NCBI GenBank assembly: GCA_963755025.1
Contig: CAVWIH010000031.1
Span: 1 to 64,000, forward strand
DNA length: 64,000 nt
From: an uncultured Actinomycetes bacterium
GTDB taxonomy: Bacteria; Actinomycetota; Thermoleophilia; UBA2241
Direction of reading: 5' to 3'
In this document: piece by piece, positions 10,299 to 20,928 of the stretch
Position numbering within the stretch: the first letter of the stretch is position 1
How the letters are laid out: each line of letters starts with the position of its first letter
Translations under genes and position numbers: made by a program
Notes under the pieces: generated by a model
What the model was told of the DNA's origin: nothing
The model's input: the letters and a program-made list of their open reading frames with translations, nothing else
The model's database searches: none

Positions 10299-11642
10299 TC
10301 AGTCGGCCTCGGGCGCCGTCCGGCGCCGCGCCGCCGGCCGCGACACCACCCTGCCGCGCAGCGCCAGAAAAAGGCCGGCGCCGGCGAGGCCCACGAAGAA
10401 CACGATGGCGAAGGTCTGGCGCCCGCCCAGAGTCTGCATCGACCAGCCGCCGAAGGCCGGGCCCAGCGACGCGCCGCCGTTCCAGACGATCGTCCAGACG
10501 CCGTTGTAGCGACCGCGGATGGCCTCGGGCGCGAGGTCTGAGACCACCGCGGCGGCGACCGGCCCCATCAGCACCTCGCCCAGGCTGAGCACGCAGACCA
10601 GCGCGTAGAGCTGCCAGCCCGGCTGGGCGATCGCCGTGCCGCCCAGCCCGACCGCCACGAACACGCTCGCGATGGAGAGTAGCAGCATGCGGTCGACGTG
10701 GCGCACGGCGCGCATGACGGGGTAGCCCAGCAGCGCGACGACCGCCGCGTTCAGGGCGAGCAGCAGGGCCCAGGTGCTGTTCGGCACGTGCAGGAAGCTT
10801 GTGATGAAGATCGAGTACATGGCGCCGAACATGCCGAAGCAGAAGACGGGCAGCAGCGCCACGGCGCAGAACAGGCGAAGGCGGCCGTCACGGGCGACGA
10901 TCGCCCAGCCGCTGCGCCCGGCCGCGTCGACGTGGCGCGCCGGGTGGCGCGCGCTCTCGGGGCGCGTCTCGCGCAGGAACACTGCGACCAGCACGAGGAA
11001 GGACAGGCAGCCGATGGCCGCCGCTACGAAGAGCTGCCGAAACGACGCCCCGAGGGCGAGGGCCAGGCCGCCGAGCGGCGGCCCGCCGACGACGCCGACG
11101 TTCATCGCCGTGCGCAGCACGCTGAAGGCTTCGGCGCGCTGCTCCTCGGGCAGCAGGTCGGCGGTCATGGCGTTGGCCGCCGTCTGGAACAGCGGCCAGC
11201 CGAAGGCGCCCTCCATGCCCACCAGGATCGCGACCTGCCAGGCGTGATGAGCGGCCGCGAAGCCGACGAACCAGATGGTGGCGCTGACGGCCGCCACGAT
11301 CATCATGCTCTTGCGCCCGAAGCGGTCGGTGAGCGTGCCGCCCAGCACCTGGAAGGGCATGACGGCGATCGTCACGAGGCCGAACACCACGCCGATCAAG
11401 GTGAGTGAGATGTGCAGCGTCTGGCGCATGTAGAGGCCCTCGAACGGAAAACCGAGGGCGGCCGCGCCCGTGTAGACGAAGGTGCCGATCACGAGGAGCC
11501 AGAACTGCCGCGGAAAGGCGTGCAGGTCGTGCGAGAGCCGCGACATCGCCGCCGCCACGCCCCGCCACAGTCTGCTCAGTCGCCCCATCTTCCCCGCCCC
11601 TGCGTGCCCGTCATGGGCCGCGACCTCGTGGTCGCCGGCCAC
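10299..11642 (-). CDS. MFS transporter
   Basis: About 12 hydrophobic segments and motif A GGTLTDRFGRK. The true start may be ~11547. Confidence 0.9.
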   Translation of the reverse strand: MAGDHEVAAHDGHAGAGKMGRLSRLWRGVAAAMSRLSHDLHAFPRQFWLLVIGTFVYTGAAALGFPFEGLYMRQTLHISLTLIGVVFGLVTIAVMPFQVLGGTLTDRFGRKSMMIVAAVSATIWFVGFAAAHHAWQVAILVGMEGAFGWPLFQTAANAMTADLLPEEQRAEAFSVLRTAMNVGVVGGPPLGGLALALGASFRQLFVAAAIGCLSFLVLVAVFLRETRPESARHPARHVDAAGRSGWAIVARDGRLRLFCAVALLPVFCFGMFGAMYSIFITSFLHVPNSTWALLLALNAAVVALLGYPVMRAVRHVDRMLLLSIASVFVAVGLGGTAIAQPGWQLYALVCVLSLGEVLMGPVAAAVVSDLAPEAIRGRYNGVWTIVWNGGASLGPAFGGWSMQTLGGRQTFAIVFFVGLAGAGLFLALRGRVVSRPAARRRTAPEAD

Positions 11643-11782
11643 GCAATCAGTGAGTCGAAGGCCGCACCGCCAATGCTATCGAAAACGCCGCTCGGGCGGT
11701 GACCCGGCGCCGCGGCGGCGCTCCGCAAAGGTCCACCGCGGGGGCGGTGCCGCCGGCCGCGCCGCCGTGGTAGGCTCGCCCC

Positions 11783-14641
11783 ATGCCTCGCCCGCCCGAC
11801 CAGCTCGTCGTCGTCGACACCGAGACCACCGGGCTCGACCCGTCCCGCGACCGCGTGATCGACATAGGCGCCGTACGCCTCGACGCCGATCTTCAGGTGA
11901 CCGGCTCGTGGAGCACCCTGGTGGGCCCCGCCGACGCGCTGCCCCTGCAGATCACGCGCCTCACCGGCATCACGGCCGACGACCTCGCCGGCGCGCCGTC
12001 GTTCGCCCAGGCCTACGACGAGCTGCGCGAGTTCGCCGGCGACGCCCTCGTCGTGGGCCAGAACATCGCCTTCGACCTCGGCATGCTGAACGCCGGCGCG
12101 ACGCGCTGCGGGGCGCCGCCGTGGCGCGGCCGCGCCTTCGACACCCTGCACGCCGCGCTCCTGCTCTACCCCGACATCGACCGCCACGGCCTCGCCTCGA
12201 TGGCGGCGACCCTCGACCTCGGTGAGCCGCCGCACCGCGCGCTGCCCGACGCCCAGGTCACCGCCGCCCTGCTGCGCGCCCTGCGCGACCGCGCCGCGGC
12301 GCTCGCCGCCGACGAACGCCGTCTGCTCGAGTCGGCGGCCTGGGAGCCCCTGGCGGTGCTCGACGCCCTCGGCGGCGGCGCCAAGCCCGGCGCGGCCGCC
12401 CTGGACGCCGCGCCCCCGCCCATCGCCGAGCCCGCGGCGGCCTCCGCCGACGGCCGCCCCGCCGCGCTGCCCTGCGCGGCCGGCGACTGGCGCGCCGCCT
12501 TCGCCCGCGACGGCGCCCTGGCGCAGGCGCTGCCGGGCTTCGCCGAGAGGCCCGGTCAGGTCGAGCTCGCCGCCGAGATCGCCGCGCTGCTGGCATCCGG
12601 GGGCCTCGGCCTGCTCGAGGCCGGCACGGGCATGGGAAAAAGCCTCGCCTACCTCCTGCCGGCCGCCTTTCGCGCCGCCGCCAGCGGCTCGCGGGTGACG
12701 ATCAGCACCAAGACCAAGGCGCTGCAACGCCAGCTCGCCGAGCGCGAGCTGCCGCTGGTCGCCTCATGCCTGCCCGACGGCTTTCGCTGGACCCTGCTCA
12801 TGGGCCGCGAGAACTACCTCTGCCGGCGCCGCCTCGACGAGGCCGTGGCCGGGGCGGGCGACCGCCTGCCGGGCCCCGACCGCCTGCTGGCGCTCGCCTG
12901 GCTCGCCGGTCGCGCGCGGCGCGCCGAGGTCGACGTCTCGGCGCTGCCCTACGGGGCGACCATGGCTCTGCCCGCCCTCGCCGAGACCGCCCGCGAGCTG
13001 CGCGCCCACGCCGCCGCCTGCCTGGGCGGGCGCTGCGGCAAGCGCGCGCAGTGCGCCTGGCGGCGAGCGCGCACCGAGGCGCGCGCGGCCCACCTCGTCT
13101 GCGTCAACCACGCCCTGCTGCTCACCGGCGGCGACACGCTACCCCCGTTCGACGACCTGATCGTCGACGAAGCCCACCTGCTGCCCGACGAGGCCGTCTC
13201 GACCTTCACCGAGCGCGCCGAGCGCGCCACCGTCGACGACCTCCTCGCCGAGGCGCTCGGGCGCCACGGGCGCCGTCCGCTCGCCGCCGTGGCGCGCACG
13301 GCGGCCGCCAAGGCGCCCGCCGACGTCGCCGCCGGCCTCACCAGGGCCGCCGATGGCTTCGAACGCGCCGCCCGCGTCCTGCCCGGTCTGGCCGACGACC
13401 TGGGCAGCGCCCTCGAAGAGCTCGTCGCGGCCGCCGCGCCCGACGCCGAGGCAGCGGCCGCCGAACTGTACGGGCGCACGCTGCTGCTCACCGCCGGCCT
13501 GCAGGAGCAGTCCCTGTTCGACGGCTTCGCCGGCGCCTGTGGCGCGCTGGCCGAGGCCCTCTCGGGCCTGGCCCAGGCCGCCTCGGCGGCCGCCGAGGCC
13601 CTGCCCGAAGAACACCGCGAGCGGCCCCGCGCCGTCGCCGTCGGGGTCGACGCCGCCGCGGCCGCCCGCCTGCTCACCGACGTCACGCGGCCGCCGCCCG
13701 GCGATCTCGTGCTGTGGGCCGAGCACGCCCGGCGGCGCTTCGGGTCGTCGGGACGCGGGGCCTTTCAGGCGCGACTCTGGTCGCTCAACCAGGCGCCGCT
13801 CTCGCCGGCGCCGATCGTGCGCGAGCGGCTCTGGGACAAGCTGCGCAGCGGCGTGCTCATGAGCGCCACGCTCAGCGTGGCCGGCTCGTTCGCCTACTAC
13901 CGCGGCGAGGCCGGCCTGGCCGCCGACCTCGACGTGCACGAGCGCATCTACGCCTCGCCGTTCGACTACCGCCGCCAGGCGACGCTCGTGCTCGAGCACG
14001 ACCTCGGCACGCGCTACGACTCAGGGCAGCAGCCGGCGCGCCTGGCCGAGCGGCTGCGCCGCCTCACCGACCTCACAGGCGGCCGGCTGCTGGCGCTGTT
14101 CACCAACAAGCGCGAGGTCGAAGCGGTCGCCGAGCTCATCGGCCCGCACGTCGAAGACGAGGGGGTCGTGCTCCTCGCGCAGGGGGTGCACGGCGGCGCC
14201 GCGGCGCTCGCCGAGGAGTTCCGCAGCCACCCGGCCACGGTGCTGCTCGGGGTCGACGCGCTCTGGACGGGCCAGGACTTTCCGGGCGACGCCCTCGTCT
14301 GCCTGGTCATCGCCCGCCTGCCGTTCCCCCGCCAGGACGCCCGCTTTCAGGCGCGCCGACGGGCGGCCGAAGAGGAGGGTCGCGACTGGTTTCGCGGCTT
14401 CTACCTGCCCGAAGCCGTGCTGCGCTTTCGTCAGGGCTTCGGCCGCCTGATCCGCACCGAGTCCGATGCCGGCGTGATCGTGGTGCTCGACCACCGCCTC
14501 ACCCAGAAGGCCTACCAGCGCGACTTTCTCGAGAGCCTGCCCGAGATCGAGGTCGTGCGTGCCGCGCCCGACGCGCTGCCCGACGCGGTGGCCGCCGCCC
14601 TCGCCCGTCTGGGTATAGCGGCGCGGCCGTCGGCGCACTGA
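11783..14641 (+). CDS. dinG: DnaQ-like 3'-5' exonuclease / DinG family helicase fusion
   Basis: VDTETTG...HRALPD (DEDDh), EAGTGMGKS, DEAH, MSATL, QGFGRLIR. Leaderless TGG-TAGGCT box 6 nt before the ATG. Confidence 0.9.
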   Translation: MPRPPDQLVVVDTETTGLDPSRDRVIDIGAVRLDADLQVTGSWSTLVGPADALPLQITRLTGITADDLAGAPSFAQAYDELREFAGDALVVGQNIAFDLGMLNAGATRCGAPPWRGRAFDTLHAALLLYPDIDRHGLASMAATLDLGEPPHRALPDAQVTAALLRALRDRAAALAADERRLLESAAWEPLAVLDALGGGAKPGAAALDAAPPPIAEPAAASADGRPAALPCAAGDWRAAFARDGALAQALPGFAERPGQVELAAEIAALLASGGLGLLEAGTGMGKSLAYLLPAAFRAAASGSRVTISTKTKALQRQLAERELPLVASCLPDGFRWTLLMGRENYLCRRRLDEAVAGAGDRLPGPDRLLALAWLAGRARRAEVDVSALPYGATMALPALAETARELRAHAAACLGGRCGKRAQCAWRRARTEARAAHLVCVNHALLLTGGDTLPPFDDLIVDEAHLLPDEAVSTFTERAERATVDDLLAEALGRHGRRPLAAVARTAAAKAPADVAAGLTRAADGFERAARVLPGLADDLGSALEELVAAAAPDAEAAAAELYGRTLLLTAGLQEQSLFDGFAGACGALAEALSGLAQAASAAAEALPEEHRERPRAVAVGVDAAAAARLLTDVTRPPPGDLVLWAEHARRRFGSSGRGAFQARLWSLNQAPLSPAPIVRERLWDKLRSGVLMSATLSVAGSFAYYRGEAGLAADLDVHERIYASPFDYRRQATLVLEHDLGTRYDSGQQPARLAERLRRLTDLTGGRLLALFTNKREVEAVAELIGPHVEDEGVVLLAQGVHGGAAALAEEFRSHPATVLLGVDALWTGQDFPGDALVCLVIARLPFPRQDARFQARRRAAEEEGRDWFRGFYLPEAVLRFRQGFGRLIRTESDAGVIVVLDHRLTQKAYQRDFLESLPEIEVVRAAPDALPDAVAAALARLGIAARPSAH

Positions 14642-14653
14642 CTCGGGGCGCCG

Positions 14654-14704
14654 GCGCTAGCCGGCGCTTGCGCCCTGCCGGGCGCGGCAGGCGCCGGCTA
14701 GCGC
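14654..14704. terminator. GC-rich hairpin between convergent genes
   Basis: gcgctagccggcgc / gcgccggctagcgc inverted repeat. Confidence 0.55.
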
Positions 14705-15123
14705 TTGCGCCCGCCGCGACGCTGCGGCGCGCGCGACTTGTCGCTCGTTCCGGAGCGCACGCCGGGACGCGACTCGTAGGGCGTGGCCGCGGCGGCCTGG
14801 CCGGGCCGTGCCTTGACGGCGACCGCCCGCGTGCGCTTGCCGCAGCTCGGACAGGTCAGCGACTTCCAGGTGTTCCAGGTGCCGTCGGGGTTGCGGCCCA
14901 TGCCCGAGAAGGTCAGGTAATGCACGAGGAACGGCGCCTTGAACTGGTTGCCGCAGTTCAGGCAGCGGTACAGATACCCGCGCGAGAAGGCACGCACCAG
15001 CATGATGGTGAGCACGAACATGACGAACAGCGAGAAAGCCGTGCCGTAGCGCGGATAGATGAAGAGGGTGACCATGGCGAAGGCCACGGCAAACCCGAGG
15101 GCGGTGAGTATCCGGCCCATCAT
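14698..15123 (-). CDS. Small membrane protein with zinc ribbon
   Basis: Two TM segments, then YRCLNCG...LTCPSCG. Confidence 0.7.
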   Translation of the reverse strand: MMGRILTALGFAVAFAMVTLFIYPRYGTAFSLFVMFVLTIMLVRAFSRGYLYRCLNCGNQFKAPFLVHYLTFSGMGRNPDGTWNTWKSLTCPSCGKRTRAVAVKARPGQAAAATPYESRPGVRSGTSDKSRAPQRRGGRKR

Positions 15124-15157
15124 CTCGCGAGGGCGGTAGCTTTGGTTCACGTGGGCA

Positions 15158-16249
15158 TCACTCCCAACGGAAGAATCGGACAGAACACGCAAAGAACACC
15201 GCGATCACGGCGAGCAGTATCAGGATATCCCAGCGCACGGCCCACAGCGCGAATCCCTTGATCATCACATCGCGCATGGCGTTGGCCAGATAGTACAGCG
15301 GCATGGCTTTGACGACCGGCTGGATCCAGGCCGGGGCGTTGTCCATGGGGAAGAAGATCCCGGACAGGAACATCATCGGCGTGCCGATGACCTGGCCCAG
15401 GGCGGCCGCCGCCTCGACGTTCTTCGACACCGCCGCCACGAAGAAGCCGATCGACACGAAGCTGCCCGACCCGATCAGGGCGAGCACGGCGATGCGCGCC
15501 AGGGTGGGTCCGGGCGCCATGTGCACGTGGAACAGCCCGACGCCGACCGCGACCACGAGGGCCGCCTGGATGAGCGCCAGGCCCAGGTGGACGAGCACGC
15601 GCGAGCCGATGAAGCTGGGCAGCGGCATGGGCGTCGCCTTGAGGCGCCGCAGCACGCCGCGCTGGCGGTAGGCCACGAACGTGCCCGAAACGCCGTAGAT
15701 GCCGTTCGTCATGAGCGCCATGGCGACCACGCCGGGCACCAGGAAGCTGATGTAGTTGAAGCTCGAGCTGGCGATGCCCCGCGAGGCGAGCTCGAACCGG
15801 GGGTGCGTGCCGGCCGCCTGCGCGGCGAAGCCGTCGACCACCTGCTGGGTCACCATGGTGACCGTGCCGGCCTGCACGAGCGAGGTGTTGTCGAAGTAGA
15901 AGGGCAGCCGTGTCTGACCCGCCGCCAGGCGCTGCTCCAGGCCGGCCGGCAGCACCAGCACGGCGGCGTAGTCGCCGTTCTTGAGCGACTTGAGCGCCTG
16001 CGGCTCGGCCGCGACGGTCGCGACCTTGAGCGCGTCGACCCTCTTGAACCCCGTCACCATCGCGGCCGACAAGGGCCCGTGGTCCTGATTGACGATGGCG
16101 AGCTTCGCCGTGAAGCTGCCCGACTGGCCGAACACCACGCCGAGCAGGAACATGAGCAGTACCGGAAAGAAGAACGTCCAGAACAGCGCCTGACGGTTAC
16201 GCGCCGTGATCTGCACGTCGGCCTTGACGAAGTCCCAGAAGGTACGCAC
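15158..16249 (-). CDS. ABC-2 type permease
   Basis: FWTFFFP, FLVPGVVAM, GVLRRLKATP, MFLSGIFFP. Confidence 0.9.
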   Translation of the reverse strand: MRTFWDFVKADVQITARNRQALFWTFFFPVLLMFLLGVVFGQSGSFTAKLAIVNQDHGPLSAAMVTGFKRVDALKVATVAAEPQALKSLKNGDYAAVLVLPAGLEQRLAAGQTRLPFYFDNTSLVQAGTVTMVTQQVVDGFAAQAAGTHPRFELASRGIASSSFNYISFLVPGVVAMALMTNGIYGVSGTFVAYRQRGVLRRLKATPMPLPSFIGSRVLVHLGLALIQAALVVAVGVGLFHVHMAPGPTLARIAVLALIGSGSFVSIGFFVAAVSKNVEAAAALGQVIGTPMMFLSGIFFPMDNAPAWIQPVVKAMPLYYLANAMRDVMIKGFALWAVRWDILILLAVIAVFFACSVRFFRWE

Positions 16250-16251
16250 CC

Positions 16252-17307
16252 TCAGCGGCCTCCGCCGCGGCCGAAACGGCGCCGTTTGGCGGGCGCCGCG
16301 CCGAGCGCCGCCTCGTCGTCGTCGGTCAGCTTGCGGCCGGTCATGCTCAGAAAGACGTCTTCGAGGTCGGCGCCCTTGACGTCCAAGTGCGCCACCCGCA
16401 GGCCGCGGGCGCGGGCGAGCTCGAGCAGCGAGACGACCGTGCGCTGGGCGTCGTCGGCCACGACCTCGTAGCCGTTCTCGACCGCGCGGCAGGCGGTGGC
16501 GCCGTCGAGCTCGCAGAGCTCGCCCTCGGGCACCGGTTCGCTCAGGTCAAAGCGCACCGTCGCCTCGGCGCCAAGCTGCGTGATGAGCGCGCGCGGCGCG
16601 TCGAGCGCCATGATGCGGCCGCGGTCCATGACGGCGACGCGCTCGCAGAGGCGCTCGGCCTCTTCCATGTAGTGGGTCGTGAGCACCACCGTGGTGCCGT
16701 CGCGGTTGATCTCGCCGATGACCTCCCAGAGCGCCCGCCGGGCGCGCGGGTCGAGGCCGGTGGTGGGCTCGTCGAGGAAGGTCACCACGGGGTCGTTGAC
16801 AAGCGCAAGCGCGATCGACAGCCGCTGGGCCTGTCCGCCGGAGAGCTCGTTGACGAAAACCTCGGACTTGTCGGCCAGGCCGACGCGCTCGAGCAGCGCC
16901 ACGCAGGCGGCGCGCTCGCGGTAGATGCCGTAGCACGAGCCGAAGACGTAGATGATCTCGTGCAGCCTCTGGTAGTCGAACAGCGCGGTGGCCTGCAGCT
17001 GCACCCCGATGCGCCGCTTGACCGCGGTCGGTTCGGGCCACACCGGCAGGCCGTCGACCACGACCTCGCCGCCGTCCGGGCGCCGCAGCCCCTCGATCAT
17101 CTCGAGCGTGGTCGTCTTGCCGGCGCCGTTGGGGCCGAGGATGCCGAAGATCTCGCCGCGCTGCACGCTCAGGGAGATGCCGTCGACGGCCACCAGGTCG
17201 CCGTACCGCTTGGTCAGGCCGTCGACCTGGATGACGGCCGCGCCCGCGGCCGGCTCAGTCGCGAACGGCCGGACCGACGGCAGAGTTGAGCGACGTAGGT
17301 GGACCAA
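16252..17307 (-). CDS. ABC transporter ATP-binding protein
   Basis: GPNGAGKTT, LSGGQ, FLDEPTTGLD, TTHYMEEA. Confidence 0.92.
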   Translation of the reverse strand: MVHLRRSTLPSVRPFATEPAAGAAVIQVDGLTKRYGDLVAVDGISLSVQRGEIFGILGPNGAGKTTTLEMIEGLRRPDGGEVVVDGLPVWPEPTAVKRRIGVQLQATALFDYQRLHEIIYVFGSCYGIYRERAACVALLERVGLADKSEVFVNELSGGQAQRLSIALALVNDPVVTFLDEPTTGLDPRARRALWEVIGEINRDGTTVVLTTHYMEEAERLCERVAVMDRGRIMALDAPRALITQLGAEATVRFDLSEPVPEGELCELDGATACRAVENGYEVVADDAQRTVVSLLELARARGLRVAHLDVKGADLEDVFLSMTGRKLTDDDEAALGAAPAKRRRFGRGGGR

Positions 17308-17446
17308 GACCGCTCCCTCGTGAGCATGGGCGACCCCCGAAGTATAGCGCGGCGAGGCGCTCCGAGGCTCGCGCCTCGCGCGCCCACCCGGCAGCGGCGC
17401 AGCGCTTACGAGCCGACCTGCCCCGCCGCGGCCCGGCCCCTGCGGC

Positions 17447-18592
17447 TTACGCCGGCGGCCGCGGCGGCGTAGGTGGCGTCGGCGGCCGCACGTCGGGCGC
17501 CGCAGGCGTGTCGGGCGACCACGGGTGCTCGCTTTCGGGGGCGGCGGGCGGCGCAGCGTCTCCCGGTGGCGCGGCGTGACCGGACGGCGGGTAGGCGGAG
17601 GGCGCAGCCTGACCGGGCGGCGGTGGCGGGTAGGCGGGCTGCGTTGACGAACCGGGCGGCGGCGGGCAGGCGGGCTGCGTGGACGAACCGGGCGGCGGCG
17701 GGTAGGCGGGCTGCGTAAAGGAGCCGGGTGGCGGCGGAGCGGCGGACGGCCTCACCGGCCAGCCGGAGCCGGACGACGGACCGTAACCCGGCGGCGGACC
17801 GTAACCCGGCGGCGGGCCGTAAGCAGTTGGCGGCGCGCCGTAGCCCGGGGCGCCGTAGGGCGGCGCGTAGCCGCTGAACGCGCCGCCGCCCTGCCAGGCC
17901 GACCAGGGCGCCGGGAACGCCGACGGCAGCAGCGCCCCCTCGCCCGCGCTTTGCAGGTACATCGACGTGTAGGCCGCCATCTCCCACGGCACGAGCAGGA
18001 ACGTCAGCAGGCTGCCGACCCCGAAGGTGAACGTGCCGAGCACACTGCCCGCGACCCCCGCGAGGGCGCCGACGACGATCATGGTGAGCAGCGTCATCCA
18101 GAACCCGCTCTTCATGACGATCCGCCGGCTTTCGCCGAGCGCTTCGATCACGGTGCGCCGGCGGTCGACCATGAGGATCGTCCAGTAGACCCACACCGTC
18201 GCCAGATAGGCGAGCACGACGGCCGCCGCCCCGGCGGCCAGCAGGAGCAGCACGATGCCGAGCGCACGGGCGCCGTTGTTGGGGATGACGAGCAGCACGG
18301 CCGGCAGGCCCACGACCAGGGCGAGCGCGGCCACGAGCGCGAGCAGCAGCAAATAGGCGACGACGAAGGCGCCGAGGCGGTCGAAGCATGCGAAGACGTC
18401 GCCGGCCCGCGCCTTGCGGCCCGCGCGCACGCGCTGCAAGATCATGTTGTAGAGGCCGGCGCTCAGCGCGACCGACAGCACTCCTAGTGTGACGATGCCG
18501 AGCGCGAAGGTGATGAAGGCCGCCAGGATCAGGGCGCCCCAGTCCTTCGCGAAGATCGCCCACGAGTCCTTGAGCACCCGGCCGATATCCAT
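17447..18592 (-). CDS. Membrane protein with proline-rich repetitive C-terminal tail
   Basis: 5-6 TM segments, then YGPPPG and (PPPPGSxTQPAY/C) repeats. Confidence 0.75.
   Translation of the reverse strand: MDIGRVLKDSWAIFAKDWGALILAAFITFALGIVTLGVLSVALSAGLYNMILQRVRAGRKARAGDVFACFDRLGAFVVAYLLLLALVAALALVVGLPAVLLVIPNNGARALGIVLLLLAAGAAAVVLAYLATVWVYWTILMVDRRRTVIEALGESRRIVMKSGFWMTLLTMIVVGALAGVAGSVLGTFTFGVGSLLTFLLVPWEMAAYTSMYLQSAGEGALLPSAFPAPWSAWQGGGAFSGYAPPYGAPGYGAPPTAYGPPPGYGPPPGYGPSSGSGWPVRPSAAPPPPGSFTQPAYPPPPGSSTQPACPPPPGSSTQPAYPPPPPGQAAPSAYPPSGHAAPPGDAAPPAAPESEHPWSPDTPAAPDVRPPTPPTPPRPPA
17612..17737 (-). repeat. 36-nt coding tandem repeat x3
   Basis: PPPPGSFTQPAY PPPPGSSTQPAC PPPPGSSTQPAY. Confidence 0.8.
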
Positions 18593-18739
18593 GCAGACCC
18601 CTCGTGGTCGTGTGGTCGTACGCGGCCGTCGGAGCCGCTCTGTCGGTACCCTATCATCGCGCAGGCGCGACGCATGCCGGCCTCGGCGGTCACCGCACCT
18701 GCCGCCGCCGCACCGGCGGACCGACCCAGCGCAGCCCGG

Positions 18740-19676
18740 CTACCCGGCAGCGAGCAGGGCCTTGAGGTTACGCGCCAGGGTCACGCCCAGGAACGCGTCG
18801 TCATAGCCCAGCAGGCCGAGCTCGCCGAGCTTGCCGCGCAGGCCGGGCTCGCCCGCGAGCAGGGCGTGGTCGATGCCGGCGAGCAGCAGGGCGGTCTCGC
18901 GCTCGTCGAAGGCGGCCGTCTCGGCCACCGCGTCGCGGTACGCGAGGTCCTCGGGACAGACGCGCTGACAGCGCAGACAGCCCCAGAGGCAGCGGTGCCA
19001 GGCGGGGTCGATCCACTGCGCGAAGGGCTCGTCGCTTTCGTTGTGCAGGGTGAGGCAGAGCTCGCCGTGCAGCAGAAAGCGGTCGTCGCCGATGGCGCCC
19101 GAGGGACAGGCGCGCCGGCAGGCGTCGCAGGTCGCGCAACGCTCGAGGGCGCGCAGCCCGGTCCACGGGTCGCTCGCCGCGGCCAGGTCGGAGACGCAGA
19201 CGGCGAGCTCGACGTAGCTGCCCGGACCGTCGACGTAGGCGATGTTGTTGCGCCCGTAGCGCGCCACGCCGGCGCAGACGGCGAGGAGCTTCTCGGGCAG
19301 CCCCATGAGCGCCGCCGTACGGCCGGCCGGCGCCAGCGCCGCGGCGACCGTGGCGGCCACCTGCCCCTGGATCTCCCGATGGTGGCAGTAGGTCGTCGGG
19401 ATGGGCACGGCGAGTCTCGCGGCCGGCGACCGTGACCGTGACGCGCGCGCAGGCGTGCGGCACGGCGACCACGATCAGCGAGCGCGGGGCCGAGACGGCG
19501 GTGGGCACGGTGAAGTCGAAGTTGCGGTCGGCGACCGCCATCACAGCCGGCGCCGCCGCGGCGCGGCGCGCCTCGATCTCGGCGCGCAGGTCGGCGAGGC
19601 GAGCGAGCGGCACCACGGCGGCGTGCCAGCCCCTGGCCGCGAGATCGTCCACCAACTCCATGCTCGTCATGGTCAT
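18740..19676 (-). CDS. QueG/epoxyqueuosine-reductase-like 2x[4Fe-4S] protein (frameshift ~19410)
   Basis: RSLIVVAVP, GVARYGRNNI, CATCDACRRACPSGAI, CLWGCLRCQRVCP. SD GAAAGGA. Confidence 0.75.
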
Positions 19677-19790
19677 CGTTGTCCTTTCGCCGGCTTCACG
19701 AACGGTGCGGTGCTCGCGCCGGCCACAGAGGCCGCGTCCGCGGTTGACCGTTCGTCGTTCGCAGTCCAAGGTTAGCCTCTTCGGGGAGCC

Positions 19791-19826
19791 TCGTATACGA
19801 TGCATACATGCATACTCGCTATAAAT
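19791..19826 (+). promoter_or_regulatory. AT-rich palindromic operator-like region and -10 upstream of arcC
   Basis: TCGTATACGA (perfect palindrome), ATGCAT-AC-ATGCAT, then TATAAAT. Confidence 0.4.
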
Positions 19827-19872
19827 TGGCGACCGTGAGAAGGAGCCCGACCGGTCGCGGCGGAACAGGAGC

Positions 19873-20830
19873 GTGGTGAAAGAGACGCGCCAGACGGTGG
19901 TCGTCGCGCTGGGCGGCAACGCCATCCTGCAGCCCGGCCAGCTCGGCACCTTCGAGGAGCAGCTCGTCAACGTCGACCAGAGCTGCCGGCGCATCGCGCG
20001 CCTGGTGGCCGACGGCTGGCGCGTGGTGCTCACTCACGGCAACGGCCCCCAGGTGGGCAACATCCTCATCCAGAACGACCTGGCCGCCAAGCTCGTGGCG
20101 CCGATGCCCATGGACGTCTGCGGCGCCGAGACCCAGGGGCAGATCGGCTACCTGTTGCAGCAGAGCCTGCACAACCACCTCATCAGGCTGCGCCTCAAGG
20201 TGCCCGTCGCCACCTTCCTGACCGAGGTCGTGGTCGACGAACGCGACCCCGCCTTCGCATCGCCCTCCAAGCCCGTCGGCCCTTTCTACCCGGAGGCTCG
20301 CGCCCACGAGCTCGCCATCGAGCAGGGGCTCGTCGTGCGCGAAGACGCGGGCCGCGGCTGGCGACGGGTCGTGCCCTCGCCGAAGCCCGACCGAGATCGT
20401 GCAGCGCCCCGCGATCGCCGACGCCCTCGCCGCCGGCGTGCTCGTCGTCTGCAACGGCGGCGGCGGCATCCCGGTCGTGCGGCACCGCGACGGCTCGCTG
20501 CACGGCGTCGAGGCGGTCATCGACAAAGACCTGGCGGCCGCCCGCCTCGCGCTCGACGTCGAGGCCGACGCGCTGCTCATCCTCACCGACGTGCCGGCCG
20601 TGTACGTCGGCTACAAGACGCCCGAGCAGCGCGCCCTCGGCCAGGTGACCGTCGCCGAGATGGAGAGCTAGCAGGCCGCCGGCGAGTTCAAGGCCGGCAG
20701 CATGGGGCCCAAAGTCGAAGCCGCGCTGCAGTTCGCCCGCGCCGGAGGGCGCGCGGTCATCGCCTCGCTGCTCGACGTAGCGCCCGCCATGCGCGGCGCC
20801 GCCGGCACCACCATCGCGCCCTCGCGGTAA
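19873..20830 (+). CDS. arcC: Carbamate kinase (frameshift ~20391 and in-frame TAG at 20669)
   Basis: [61 protein letters not shown]. Confidence 0.9.
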
Positions 20831-20928
20831 TCCCTCGCGGCCATCCGGCCGATACCGGTCTGCAGAAAGCGATACGAGACCGGTGACCACGCCCCCGAGC
20901 GGCGGCGGCGAACGAAAGGGATGCCCCC

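Noticed and set aside
19800-19813. Canonical ARG box upstream of arcC
   Set aside because: Half-sites TGCAT/ATGCA are separated by 2 nt rather than the usual 4. Kept only as a low-confidence operator-like site.
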